Of a stretch of DNA of 64,000 bases, positions 1 through 9,105 are shown piece by piece. The translations under genes were made by a program, and so were the position numbers. The notes beneath the pieces are model-generated. The model did no database searches, was not told where the DNA came from, and saw only the letters and a list, made by a program, of their open reading frames with translations. Positions within the stretch are counted from its first letter, which is position 1; the number at the start of each line of letters is the position of its first letter. The stretch is from Myxococcales bacterium (GTDB lineage: Bacteria; Desulfobacterota; Binatia; HRBIN30), in contig JBBILD010000001.1 of NCBI GenBank assembly GCA_037445065.1, forward strand, positions 160,001-224,000, given 5' to 3'.

Positions 1-2025
1 TCGGGGTTGGAGACCATCGAGGGAATCCGAGCCATCAAACAACACCTGCCGGCATGTAAGACGATTCTTGGTATCTCCAACGTTTCTTTCGGATTGCCTC
101 CCGCCGGGCGGGAAGTGTTGAACTCGGTTTTCTTGTACCACGCGGTGCAGGCGGGGTTGGATCTGGCGATCGTCAACTCCGAAAAACTCGAGCGTTACCC
201 CAGCATTCCAGAGGAAGAGCGGCGACTCGCGGAAGATCTGATCTGGTGGCGGGGAGAGGACCCGGTTGCCGCGTTTACCTCTTACTTCCGGGCCAAGACT
301 CGCGAGGTTCGTGCTGACAACCGGCTTGATTTGCCCCTCGATGAGCGGCTCGCTCGGTATGTGATAGAGGGCTCGAAGGATGGTTTGTTTGCCGACCTCG
401 ACGAAGCGCTCCGTTCCCGCAAGCCGCTAGAAATTATCAACGGGCCACTCATGGCAGGAATGGACGAGGTAGGCCGGTTGTTTGCCCGCAATGAAATGAT
501 CGTCGCCGAGGTGTTGCAGTCTGCCGAGGTGATGAAAGCCGCAGTCGCTTATCTCGAACCCCACATGGAGAAAAACGAGAGCACGGTGAAAGGCACGGTA
601 CTGCTGGCCACGGTCAAGGGCGATGTACACGACATCGGGAAGAACCTTGTGGATATCATTCTAGGCAATAACGGATTCCGGATCGTGAATTTGGGCATCA
701 AAGTTCCTCCCGAGGAGTTGATTCGCGCCTACCGCCAGTACGAGCCCGATTTGATCGGACTTTCCGGACTATTGGTGAAATCGGCTCAAATGATGGTGGT
801 GACCGCCCAGGACCTCAAAAACGCTGGCATCCGATGCCCGATCCTAGTCGGAGGAGCGGCATTGTCCGACCGCTTCACCCGTATGAAGATCGCGCCTGCA
901 TACGACGGCTTAGTGGCGTACGCGCGGGATGCCATGGCGGGCTTGGAGCTGGCCAATCAGGTGATGGACCCGGGTCGGCGCGAGGAACTGGCACGCAGGC
1001 TCGAGCGCGAAACAGAACGTTTGCTCTCGGAAGGGAGGCAGGCCAAAGAAGCCGCCGGAGCGGCGGTGGAGAGACCCCTGCGCTCGAATGTCGAGCCGGT
1101 CAGCGAAGTTCCATTACCCCCCGACCTGCGCGTGCACGTGCTGTCCGACTACGACTTGGAGGATGTGTTTCGATTCATCAATCCGGTGATGCTGTACAAT
1201 CGCCATCTCGGGTACAAAGGGGAATTCGAAGCGGCGTTAGCGCGCGGCGAGCCGAAAGCGGTGGAGTTGGCGGAAGCGGTCGCCGAGGTGCAGGCATTCA
1301 TGCTTGCACACCCGCAAATCCGTGCCCAGGCAGTCTATCGTTTCTTCCCGGCCAATTCTGAAGGGGATCGGCTGCATATTTTGAGCAGCGACCGCAACCG
1401 CGTGTTGGCCACGTTTCACTTCGGGAGACAGGCAGATCCTCCACACCTCTGCCTGGCAGATTTTACCTTGCCGATGGATCGGGGAGTCCCCGACTACATT
1501 TGCATGTTTGCGACCACCATCGGCCCAGATGTGAGGCGGATTGCTGAAGAATGGAAGGAGCGCGGCGATTACTTGCGCTCGCATATTTTGCAGGTGTTGG
1601 CACTCGAAGGCGCGGAAGGGTTCGCGGAGCTTCTCCATCAAAAAATCCGCGAAATGTGGGGGTTCCCAGACCCCCCTGGCATCCGCATGGAAGATCTCTT
1701 CAAGGCCCGTTACCGCGGGATCCGCGTCTCGTTCGGCTACCCAGCGTGCCCTCGTTTAGAGGATCAGGAGATCCTGTTTCGGCTGCTGGACGTGACTCGG
1801 CACATTAGTGTGCACCTCACCGAGGGGTACATGATGGACCCCGAAGGATCGGTCTCGGCGTTGGTTTTTCATCATCCGCAAGCCCGCTACTTCCGCTTGA
1901 GCGAATCTGACCTGCAACGACTGGAGCGAGCGATCGAGGAAGAGCAGCGGAGGCCCGAAGGGCGCCCACCGGATCGTTCCCTACCTGACGTGATGGAGCG
2001 ACAGGCTCCCCGCCTGAAAGCCTGA
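1..2025 (+). CDS. metH: Cobalamin-dependent methionine synthase, 3' part (gene begins before the window)
   Basis: Pterin-binding GISNVSFG, B12-binding TVKGDVHDIGKNLV and SGLL, activation domain RVSFGYPACP; stop TGA ends at 2025. Confidence 0.97.
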   Translation, partial: SGLETIEGIRAIKQHLPACKTILGISNVSFGLPPAGREVLNSVFLYHAVQAGLDLAIVNSEKLERYPSIPEEERRLAEDLIWWRGEDPVAAFTSYFRAKTREVRADNRLDLPLDERLARYVIEGSKDGLFADLDEALRSRKPLEIINGPLMAGMDEVGRLFARNEMIVAEVLQSAEVMKAAVAYLEPHMEKNESTVKGTVLLATVKGDVHDIGKNLVDIILGNNGFRIVNLGIKVPPEELIRAYRQYEPDLIGLSGLLVKSAQMMVVTAQDLKNAGIRCPILVGGAALSDRFTRMKIAPAYDGLVAYARDAMAGLELANQVMDPGRREELARRLERETERLLSEGRQAKEAAGAAVERPLRSNVEPVSEVPLPPDLRVHVLSDYDLEDVFRFINPVMLYNRHLGYKGEFEAALARGEPKAVELAEAVAEVQAFMLAHPQIRAQAVYRFFPANSEGDRLHILSSDRNRVLATFHFGRQADPPHLCLADFTLPMDRGVPDYICMFATTIGPDVRRIAEEWKERGDYLRSHILQVLALEGAEGFAELLHQKIREMWGFPDPPGIRMEDLFKARYRGIRVSFGYPACPRLEDQEILFRLLDVTRHISVHLTEGYMMDPEGSVSALVFHHPQARYFRLSESDLQRLERAIEEEQRRPEGRPPDRSLPDVMERQAPRLKA

Positions 2026-2138
2026 GGCGAGTGGGCCCTTCACCGAAGCCCCTTCGGACTGAACCAGTGGCCAAACCGGCAGCGGGGAGAGGGGGCGTTT
2101 TCCCGAGGTGCTCGTCCCCGCCTCAGGTCAGAAGAAAG

Positions 2139-2211
2139 GGTGAGTGAAGGGGCTTGAACCCTCAACCCCCGGAGCCACAGTCCGGTGCTCTGCCGTTGAG
2201 CTACACTCACC
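2139..2211 (-). tRNA. tRNA-His(GTG) with encoded G-1, no encoded CCA
   Basis: Minus strand G-GTGAGTG...CACTCAC-C acceptor stem, anticodon arm CCGGA-CTGTGGC-TCCGG, T-loop GGTTCAAGCC. Confidence 0.96.
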
Positions 2212-2314
2212 ACCTGTCGGACTTGTGAGCCGAGGAAAATACGAAAAGTCCCCCCTCGGCGCAAGGCGGTTGGCGTTCGCTGGGAGTCGATTTGCCGCCG
2301 GCGCGGCGGTGAAG

Positions 2315-2388
<74 letters not shown>

Positions 2389-2428
2389 GTTTTGCCCTTC
2401 GAACAAGTTCTTTCCCGCCAAGGTTCAG

Positions 2429-2502
2429 TCGGGGTGAGAGGATTTGAACCTCCGACTCCCTGCGCCCAAGGCAGGTGCGCTACCAGGCTGCGCTACACCC
2501 CG
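2429..2502 (-). tRNA. tRNA-Pro(TGG), no encoded CCA
   Basis: Acceptor CGGGGTG/CACCCCG, anticodon arm CCTGC-CTTGGGC-GCAGG, GGTTCAAATCC. Confidence 0.96.
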
Positions 2503-2572
2503 CTGGCCGAGCGGAGCTTGCTAACAGGGCCCCGAATCGGTTGCAACGGAAGTCGATAGCGGGCGCAGGGGG

Positions 2573-3196
2573 TCATTCGTTCCGCCGCGACTCAAAGCCG
2601 ATCAAGAAGGGCAATAAGTGCGGCCGTAAACGTTCCACGGCGCGAGCCCGATGCGAGACCTGGTTTTTCTCTTCAGGCGAAAGTTCCGCGAAGGTTTTGT
2701 CGAGTGGCGGGTAAAAGAACACGGGGTCGTAGCCAAAGCCCGCCTGGCCGCGTGGCTCGCGGAGGATGACGCCCTCGCAGCTCCCCTCCGCGCTGATCCA
2801 TCGCCCGTCGGGAAGGGCGAGCACCAGTACGCACCGGAAGCGGGCTGACCGCTGCTCCCAGGGCGTTCGCGCAAGAGCCGCGAGCAGCTTCTCGAGGTTT
2901 TGTGCATCGGTGGCCCTCTCCCCGGCAAAGTGAGCGGATTGCACCCCTGGGGCCCCAGCCAAAGCGTCTACCTCGAGGCCAGAGTCGTCCGCCAAGGCTG
3001 GCAGGCCCGACCAGCGGGCGATTGCCTCTGCCTTGAGCCATGCATTTTGCTCATAGGTGCTGCCTGTTTCGCGCACGTTGGGAGGATCGGCAAAGTGGCT
3101 CAAGTCGAGAGGCTCGATTGGACAAGAAGCGAGCAAATCGCGAAACTCTCGTGCCTTGCCGCGATTGTTCGTGGCGAGCAGAAGCAGCGGCCGCAT
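2573..3196 (-). CDS. rdgB: dITP/XTP pyrophosphatase (Ham1 family)
   Basis: ATNNRGK, ADDSGLEVDAL, GFGYDPVF, KNQVSHR; directly downstream of rph. Confidence 0.95.
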   Translation of the reverse strand: MRPLLLLATNNRGKAREFRDLLASCPIEPLDLSHFADPPNVRETGSTYEQNAWLKAEAIARWSGLPALADDSGLEVDALAGAPGVQSAHFAGERATDAQNLEKLLAALARTPWEQRSARFRCVLVLALPDGRWISAEGSCEGVILREPRGQAGFGYDPVFFYPPLDKTFAELSPEEKNQVSHRARAVERLRPHLLPFLIGFESRRNE

Positions 3197-3198
3197 TG

Positions 3199-3918
3199 TC
3201 AACCGAGTACCTCGCGCTGCAAGTGGAGGAGTTGCCGAATGGCCACGGAGCCCATCCCGATCAACTGGTCGAGCTGCTCACGGGAAAACGGTGTCCCTTC
3301 GGCTGTTCCCTGGATCTCCACGAAGAGATCCCGGTCTGTCATCACGAGGTTCATGTCCACTTCCGCACGCGAGTCCTCCTCGTAACAAAGATCCACCATG
3401 GGCACGCCGCTAACGATCCCGGCGCTAACCGCTGCGACCGCACCGGTAAGCGGGTTCTCGGGCAGCTCCCCGCTGGCGACCAATTTGCGTAGCGCCAGGG
3501 CGAGAGCCACGTACGCCCCCGTGATCGAGCATGTGCGCGTGCCTCCATCCGCTTCGATCACGTCACAGTCAATCCAGAGCGTGCGCGGCCCTAGCTTCTC
3601 CAGGTTCACAACAGAGCGCAAGCTGCGGCCGATCAGACGCTGAATCTCATGCGTTCTGCCTCCGAGGCGCCCGCGGGCAGCCTCCCGCGCAATCCGCTGC
3701 GGGCTCGAACCGGGCAGCATTCCATACTCCGCCGTGAGCCACCCTCTGCCTGTGTCTTGCAAAAATTGAGGAACGCTCTCCTCGATAGCTGCCGTACAGA
3801 TGACTCGCGTATTGCCTGCCTCGATAAGTACCGAACCCATCGCCTGTCGGATAAAGCCAGGCTCGATTCGAACCGGCCGCATCTGCTCGGGGCTGCGCCC
3901 ATCCACTCGTGATCCCAT
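3199..3918 (-). CDS. rph: Ribonuclease PH
   Basis: [47 protein letters not shown] before the ATG at 3918. Confidence 0.97.
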   Translation of the reverse strand: MGSRVDGRSPEQMRPVRIEPGFIRQAMGSVLIEAGNTRVICTAAIEESVPQFLQDTGRGWLTAEYGMLPGSSPQRIAREAARGRLGGRTHEIQRLIGRSLRSVVNLEKLGPRTLWIDCDVIEADGGTRTCSITGAYVALALALRKLVASGELPENPLTGAVAAVSAGIVSGVPMVDLCYEEDSRAEVDMNLVMTDRDLFVEIQGTAEGTPFSREQLDQLIGMGSVAIRQLLHLQREVLG

Positions 3919-4060
3919 CGTGATTCTCCCTCCTTTGGACAAGCGGCTGCGCATATCAGCCAGCGCTGCACACGTGCAAGGCGGGCGCTCGCGCAGAATT
4001 TGCTTGCGGCCCTCTCCGGCCGGTGCTATTTTTTTGACGCTTGGCGTCCTGGGGAGGATT

Positions 4061-5041
4061 ATGGAAATTCAGATTGTGAAGGGGAACCACCCGGCGATGG
4101 AGAAGATTCTCCAGATTTGTCAACGGGTGGCGCCGACCGACTCGACGGTGCTGATTCAAGGAGAGAGCGGGACGGGGAAGGAACTTGTCGCACGGTACAT
4201 CCACGCCCACAGTAACCGGGCAAATAACCCTTTTATTGCCGTCAATTGCGGGGCTATCCCGGCCGACTTGCTCGAGTCCGAAATGTTCGGGCACGAGAAA
4301 GGTGCTTTTACAGGCGCTGTGGGCTCCCGCATGGGCCTGTTTCAGTTGGCCAATGGCGGCACCATCTTTCTCGACGAGATCGGGGAGATGACGCCTGCCT
4401 TGCAGGTCAAGCTCCTGCGCGTGTTGCAGGAGCGGGAGATCCGGCCTGTCGGTGCCGATCGGACCATCCGCGTTGACGTGCGCGTGATCGCAGCGACCAA
4501 CCGCGACTTGGCGCTGGAAGTGGAACGCAAGCGGTTCCGCGAGGACCTGTATTACCGGTTGCAGGTGATCCCAATCACGATTCCGCCGTTGCGGGAGCGC
4601 CGCTCGGATATCCCGGTCTTGGTGCAGTATTTTCTCGACCGGTTGAACAGTCAAAGGCCAGGCCAGCCGGTGCGAATTTCCAACGAGGCGATGGTGCATT
4701 TGTGGGAGTACGACTGGCCCGGTAACGTACGGGAACTCGAAAACTTGATCGAACGCCTGGTGATCTTGAGCGACGATGGGGTGATCCGCGCGGAGAATCT
4801 GCCGCCCAATATTCGCACGTTTATTTCTGACAAGAAAATCCCCCGGCCAACGTTAGGCGAAGAGGGGATTGACCTGAACCGTGCGGTGGAAGAATTCGAG
4901 TATCGTTTGATTGACGAGGCCTTGCGGAGGACCCGTGGCAATAAGCAAGCGGCCGCAAAACTGCTGGGTCTGAAGCGGACCACGCTCGTGGCAAAGCTAC
5001 GCCGCAAGGGGAACAATCCCGACCGCGGCTGTGTGGTGTGA
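4061..5041 (+). CDS. Sigma-54 enhancer-binding protein (AAA+ and Fis HTH only, no N-terminal regulatory domain)
   Basis: GGGGAGG SD then ATG 4061; [52 protein letters not shown]. Confidence 0.92.
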   Translation: MEIQIVKGNHPAMEKILQICQRVAPTDSTVLIQGESGTGKELVARYIHAHSNRANNPFIAVNCGAIPADLLESEMFGHEKGAFTGAVGSRMGLFQLANGGTIFLDEIGEMTPALQVKLLRVLQEREIRPVGADRTIRVDVRVIAATNRDLALEVERKRFREDLYYRLQVIPITIPPLRERRSDIPVLVQYFLDRLNSQRPGQPVRISNEAMVHLWEYDWPGNVRELENLIERLVILSDDGVIRAENLPPNIRTFISDKKIPRPTLGEEGIDLNRAVEEFEYRLIDEALRRTRGNKQAAAKLLGLKRTTLVAKLRRKGNNPDRGCVV

Positions 5042-5078
5042 CCCACGGGACGGGGCACGAAGACTAGAGGGAACACGT

Positions 5079-5528
5079 ATGGGACTTGATCCGGGGAAGA
5101 TCATCGGCTCGGTTTTGGTGGTCGATGACGACGAAAATGCTTTAGAAATCCTCACTCGCATGCTGGCTCGGGAGGGTCACACGGTATCTTCGGCGCGCAG
5201 CGGTCCCGAGGCGCTCAAGCTGCTGGAAACAAGGAGCTTCGAGGTCATTCTGCTGGACGTCATGATGCCCGGGATGGACGGTTTCGAGGTGTGCGAGGCA
5301 TTGCGAAAGGACGCGCGGCTGCAGAAGGTTCCGGTAGTCTTGCTCACCGCCAAAGACGATCTCGAGAGTCGCGTTCGGGGTATGGAACTCGGTGTGGCCA
5401 AGTACCTCACAAAGCCGGTGGATCGCATGGAACTACTGACGACCGTGCAGGAACAACTGCACGCCAGTCGCATATACTCGAATCTGGAAAAAACAGCTCG
5501 GGGTCTCGGGGATCCGTCTGGGTCCTGA
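5079..5528 (+). CDS. Stand-alone response regulator receiver protein
   Basis: VLVVDDD, LLDVMMPGMDG, LLTAK, YLTKP; no output domain. Confidence 0.92.
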   Translation: MGLDPGKIIGSVLVVDDDENALEILTRMLAREGHTVSSARSGPEALKLLETRSFEVILLDVMMPGMDGFEVCEALRKDARLQKVPVVLLTAKDDLESRVRGMELGVAKYLTKPVDRMELLTTVQEQLHASRIYSNLEKTARGLGDPSGS

Positions 5529-5542
5529 TCGCACGCCTCTCT

Positions 5543-6715
5543 GTGCTGCCACCATCGCAAAGGTGTTCCCGGCCGCGGTCACGCGCTGGGTTGGGAATCT
5601 CCACAGGCGTCCTTTTGTTGGCGGTGTCCGTGTTTGTTGGTTGCCGAGCTGGCAGTGGTGCGTTCTGGCCTGCAGCGGCACAAGCGCCGGTGCCGACTCC
5701 CCTGCATGATGGATGGAAACGAGGGTTGGCGTGCAACGAGGCGCAATCCTGCCTGGACCCTCTGACGATGCCGCTGGACCGGCCTTGGCAGCCCGAGCCC
5801 GGCACTCGCTTGCTTGTCGTCGCTCCTCACCCGGATGATGAAGCGCTCGCCGCCGCTGGTCTCGTCTGGCAAGTGCAGCAATCCGGCGGCGCGGCGGCCG
5901 TGGTCTATCTGACTGACGGGGACGGGTACGCCGATGGAGTGCGAGCCTGGCGTGGTAGGGAAAGTTTGCGGGCGGAAGACTTCCGCGCGTATGGGGTGCA
6001 GCGGCGAGTCGAGGCACGTACCGCGGCGCGGCACCTAGGGCTAGCTCCGAACCACATTTGGTTCCTGGGCTTTCCGGATGGCGGTCTCCTGGAGCTTTGG
6101 GCACACTGGAGCCGAAAAGCCCCGTATTGCTCCCCGTACACCGGACGTTGTGCGTCCTCCCCGGTTTTGACCAACACTTCCCCTTACGCCGGAGAGGAAC
6201 TGGTGTCGGCCATCAGTGCGATTTTGCAGCGATGGCGGCCGGACCTGGTGCTTCTTCCCGACCCGAGAGACCTTCATCCGGATCACTGCAACGGAGGACT
6301 ATACGGGGGCTTGGCATGGAAAGAGCTGGCTCTTTCCAGCCCCCGCTCTCCCCAGGTGTTGACATACCTGGTTCACTCGCCCGAGTACCCAGGCGCGTCA
6401 GGATGGCTAGCGGCGGTTCGTGCCGCCGGGGTGTGTGGTAGCGGGGTTGGCCTTGCGGAGGTCTCCCGAACACCGTGGGTCTACTTTCCGTTGCCACCCG
6501 AAGCAATCGCCGCGAAGCGGGCAGCCTTGGCCGAGTATCGGACGCAGATGGGCGTGATGGCAGATTTCCTGAGCCACTTCGTGCGTCCGGCGGAGGTGTT
6601 CGCCCAGTGGTCGCCCAACCAACTGTTGGCTGCGGTTGCTTCGATACGGGGGCGCGTGCCGTTCGGCTCCGACTCAACCTCCCCCGCAATTGTTGTTCCG
6701 TATCCCGGGCCGTGA
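5543..6715 (+). CDS. PIG-L/LmbE-family deacetylase, probably exported or a lipoprotein (start uncertain)
   Basis: APHPDDE, FLGFPDG, HPDH metal motifs; hydrophobic N-terminus ending VFVGC. Confidence 0.85.
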   Translation: MLPPSQRCSRPRSRAGLGISTGVLLLAVSVFVGCRAGSGAFWPAAAQAPVPTPLHDGWKRGLACNEAQSCLDPLTMPLDRPWQPEPGTRLLVVAPHPDDEALAAAGLVWQVQQSGGAAAVVYLTDGDGYADGVRAWRGRESLRAEDFRAYGVQRRVEARTAARHLGLAPNHIWFLGFPDGGLLELWAHWSRKAPYCSPYTGRCASSPVLTNTSPYAGEELVSAISAILQRWRPDLVLLPDPRDLHPDHCNGGLYGGLAWKELALSSPRSPQVLTYLVHSPEYPGASGWLAAVRAAGVCGSGVGLAEVSRTPWVYFPLPPEAIAAKRAALAEYRTQMGVMADFLSHFVRPAEVFAQWSPNQLLAAVASIRGRVPFGSDSTSPAIVVPYPGP

Positions 6716-6850
6716 TAGTCCTGCGCTTGAGTCCATGCGCACCCAGGTGTCGGGTCAACGTATGTCTCCCCCGTTGGAACAGGGTAGGAACACCTGGCCC
6801 GTTCAGTGGGTACGGTCCATTACGTTGCTGTCGCTTTTCGGAGATCCGAT

Positions 6851-7918
6851 ATGCAGTTAGCGAACCCGTTGGTTTACCAAGTTGACCTCGAAGGGAACCG
6901 CGAGCGGCTGTCGCGGCTTCGAGCAGTTGTGGGCGATGCCGAAAAAGTCGCATTCGTCCTGCAAGATGACCCTGATCCAGATGGCATCGCCAGTGCGATC
7001 GCCCTGCGCACAGTGCTGGGGAGGAACCGCGCGACGACGCCGATTTTTGCTTTCGGACAGGTGACGCGCGCCGAGAACCTCGCCATGCTCCGTTTGCTCG
7101 ACGTGAGTATCGAGCAAGCGGACACCGAGACCCTGCGGAGCTTCCCTTGCATCGCATTGCTGGATGTTCAGCCCGCCTACTTCGGGGATCGGCTGCCGCA
7201 CGTGCACGTGGTCATTGACCACCACCCCAGAAATGGCGCCATTGATGCGGAGTTTTGTGATGTCCGCACCCAGTATGGGGCTACCTCTACGATTCTTACC
7301 GAGTATCTGGAGGCGGCGGGCGTCGACGTCAGCCAACGTCTTGCTACCGCGCTTTTGTACGGCATCAAGAGCGACACTTTGATGCTCAACCGCGAGACCG
7401 GGCCAGCCGACTTGCGTGCGTTTATGGCCTTGTACCCTCTGACGAATTACAACGTGCTGCGCCGGATCGAACGCCCCGAGCTTCCCCTTTCCTTCGCCAA
7501 CTTTCTTGCCCGAGTGCTGCCGCGGATCCGGAAGCGGATGGGTTTGTTGGTTTTGCACGTGGGAAAGGTAGACCGCGAAGACATTATCCCTCAGCTTGCC
7601 GACTTTTGCCTCCAGTTCGAAAACACCGAGTGGGTGGTGGTGTCCGGGAAGATTGGTGACTCGATCGTGATGTCCGTGAGGAACCCGGGGTATGTGCGCA
7701 GCGCCGGCGATTTGGTGCGCCGCCTGTTCGGAGGGGTTGGACGGGCCGGTGGGCACCGCTCTATGGCGAAGGCCGTTGTCCCTTTGCGAGAGTGGAGGAA
7801 AGCCCTCGGTTCGACCCGCGACCGGGCAGTGGCCGACAAAATCGAACTGTTGTTCTGGCAAGAAATCTACGGCGCGGGTAGCGAGTGGACGCGCACTGCT
7901 GCGAACGCGACGTCCTGA
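6851..7918 (+). CDS. DHH/DHHA1 phosphoesterase (NrnA-like)
   Basis: QDDPDPD (usual His replaced by Gln), VIDHH, YGIKSDT, AGGH. Confidence 0.9.
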   Translation: MQLANPLVYQVDLEGNRERLSRLRAVVGDAEKVAFVLQDDPDPDGIASAIALRTVLGRNRATTPIFAFGQVTRAENLAMLRLLDVSIEQADTETLRSFPCIALLDVQPAYFGDRLPHVHVVIDHHPRNGAIDAEFCDVRTQYGATSTILTEYLEAAGVDVSQRLATALLYGIKSDTLMLNRETGPADLRAFMALYPLTNYNVLRRIERPELPLSFANFLARVLPRIRKRMGLLVLHVGKVDREDIIPQLADFCLQFENTEWVVVSGKIGDSIVMSVRNPGYVRSAGDLVRRLFGGVGRAGGHRSMAKAVVPLREWRKALGSTRDRAVADKIELLFWQEIYGAGSEWTRTAANATS

Positions 7919-8088
7919 GCCGTTCGCGTTCGCCAGCAGGTTGACGCTCGAAAAGGTGCTGGCAGTAGCTTGCATCGCGGGCCCATCGTTGCAATAAAGG
8001 CGGACACGACATTGTGGCGCGGTAAAATTCGATAGGCGCGCTTGTATAGGTTTTGCGTGTAGACAGCGTAAAAGGTGGTGGTCAAATC

Positions 8089-8478
8089 ATGGCAGGCGTG
8101 AGAAGATTGACGATGCGGGATCCGGAGCTGCGGCTCGATGACTTGGTTGAAAGCAAGGGATCAAGGGAGGAGTCGCGGTTATTGAGCGTCAAGCTGCCAG
8201 CGAGTTTGATCGAGCGGATTGATCGGCTGGTGGCAATGTTGCCGGCAACTCGCCCGGAAGTAATCATTGCGATTCTCAACGAAGGACTGGACGTGGCGGA
8301 ACGGGATCTCAAGGACTACCAGCCTCCGCCCCGCATGGAGATTCCGAGAGAGCGGCGGTGCACGGTCCGCGGTTGCGAGCGGGAGCGGATCGCCCGCGGA
8401 TTATGCGCGACTCATTACCAGGCGCAACGGAGAGCGCGCCTGGCCCAGCAGGCGGCACGAGCGTCTGCGGAAAAGTAA
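8089..8478 (+). CDS. Small putative DNA-binding protein: ribbon-helix-helix plus C-x4-C-x9-C-x2-H zinc finger
   Basis: LLSVKLPASLIERIDRLVAML..TRPEVIIAIL pattern; CTVRGCERERIARGLCATHYQ; AT-richer upstream region. Confidence 0.7.
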   Translation: MAGVRRLTMRDPELRLDDLVESKGSREESRLLSVKLPASLIERIDRLVAMLPATRPEVIIAILNEGLDVAERDLKDYQPPPRMEIPRERRCTVRGCERERIARGLCATHYQAQRRARLAQQAARASAEK

Positions 8479-8549
8479 GTTGAAACGTGGGAGGCGTGCC
8501 CCGAAAAAGGCGCTTACGGGGAGCCTGCTTTGAGGCGAACCCGTACCTC

Positions 8550-8783
8550 GTGAGGAAGAGGATTGCGCGGCGTTTGTTCTGTGCCGTTCTGACATTGACG
8601 CTGTGCTGGCAAATGGCTGCCTGCGGCGGAGACGATATTGTGGTTGGCGGCAATCTTCCGCGTACGATTGTTGTCCCCACTCCGACGCCAACGCCCGCGT
8701 GCTTGGACTCGGGAAGCCCATGCACAAGGAGCCTAGATTGTTGCAGCGGAATCTGCCTCGCGGGATCGCTGGTTTGCCAGTAG
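8550..8783 (+). CDS. Small lipoprotein with PT linker and C-terminal cystine-knot (C-C-CC-C-C) domain
   Basis: Basic N-terminus, hydrophobic stretch, MAAC lipobox-like site, PTPTPTP, CLDSGSPCTRSLDCCSGICLAGSLVC. Confidence 0.75.
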   Translation: MRKRIARRLFCAVLTLTLCWQMAACGGDDIVVGGNLPRTIVVPTPTPTPACLDSGSPCTRSLDCCSGICLAGSLVCQ

Positions 8784-8800
8784 GAAACCCTGCGGGTTCG

Positions 8801-9079
8801 TCAGCTGGTGAGAATCCAAAGGAACCAGAGAACCCAGGCCACGATGGCAGCGACAAGGAGCACGGCTCCCGTATAATTCGAACTCTGTGCGAACCCTCGG
8901 GTAGCGTTGGGCGCTCGGGAAAGGGTTAACGGCGTCCCGGCAGAACTACGCTGCACAGCCACTACCCGCCACTTTTCGAATCCGGCGCTACGCAGCCGGT
9001 TTTCTACGGCAAGGCGAGCCGCAAGCGCATCAGGCTCGTTCACATCCAGGATTCGCACGTCGACTTCGTACTGTGGCAT
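8801..9079 (-). CDS. Hypothetical small protein with C-terminal transmembrane helix
   Basis: ATG with GGGGG upstream; C-terminal AVLLVAAIVAWVLWFLWIL; follows the PT-rich lipoprotein on the same strand. Confidence 0.7.
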   Translation of the reverse strand: MPQYEVDVRILDVNEPDALAARLAVENRLRSAGFEKWRVVAVQRSSAGTPLTLSRAPNATRGFAQSSNYTGAVLLVAAIVAWVLWFLWILTS

Positions 9080-9105
9080 GCGTCAGCCCCCCAACCGCCT
9101 CGGGC

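Noticed and set aside
7960..7975. Sigma-54 promoter-like TGGCAGTAGCTTGCA upstream of the RHH gene
   Set aside because: The GG-to-GC spacing is 9 nt; sigma-54 needs 10
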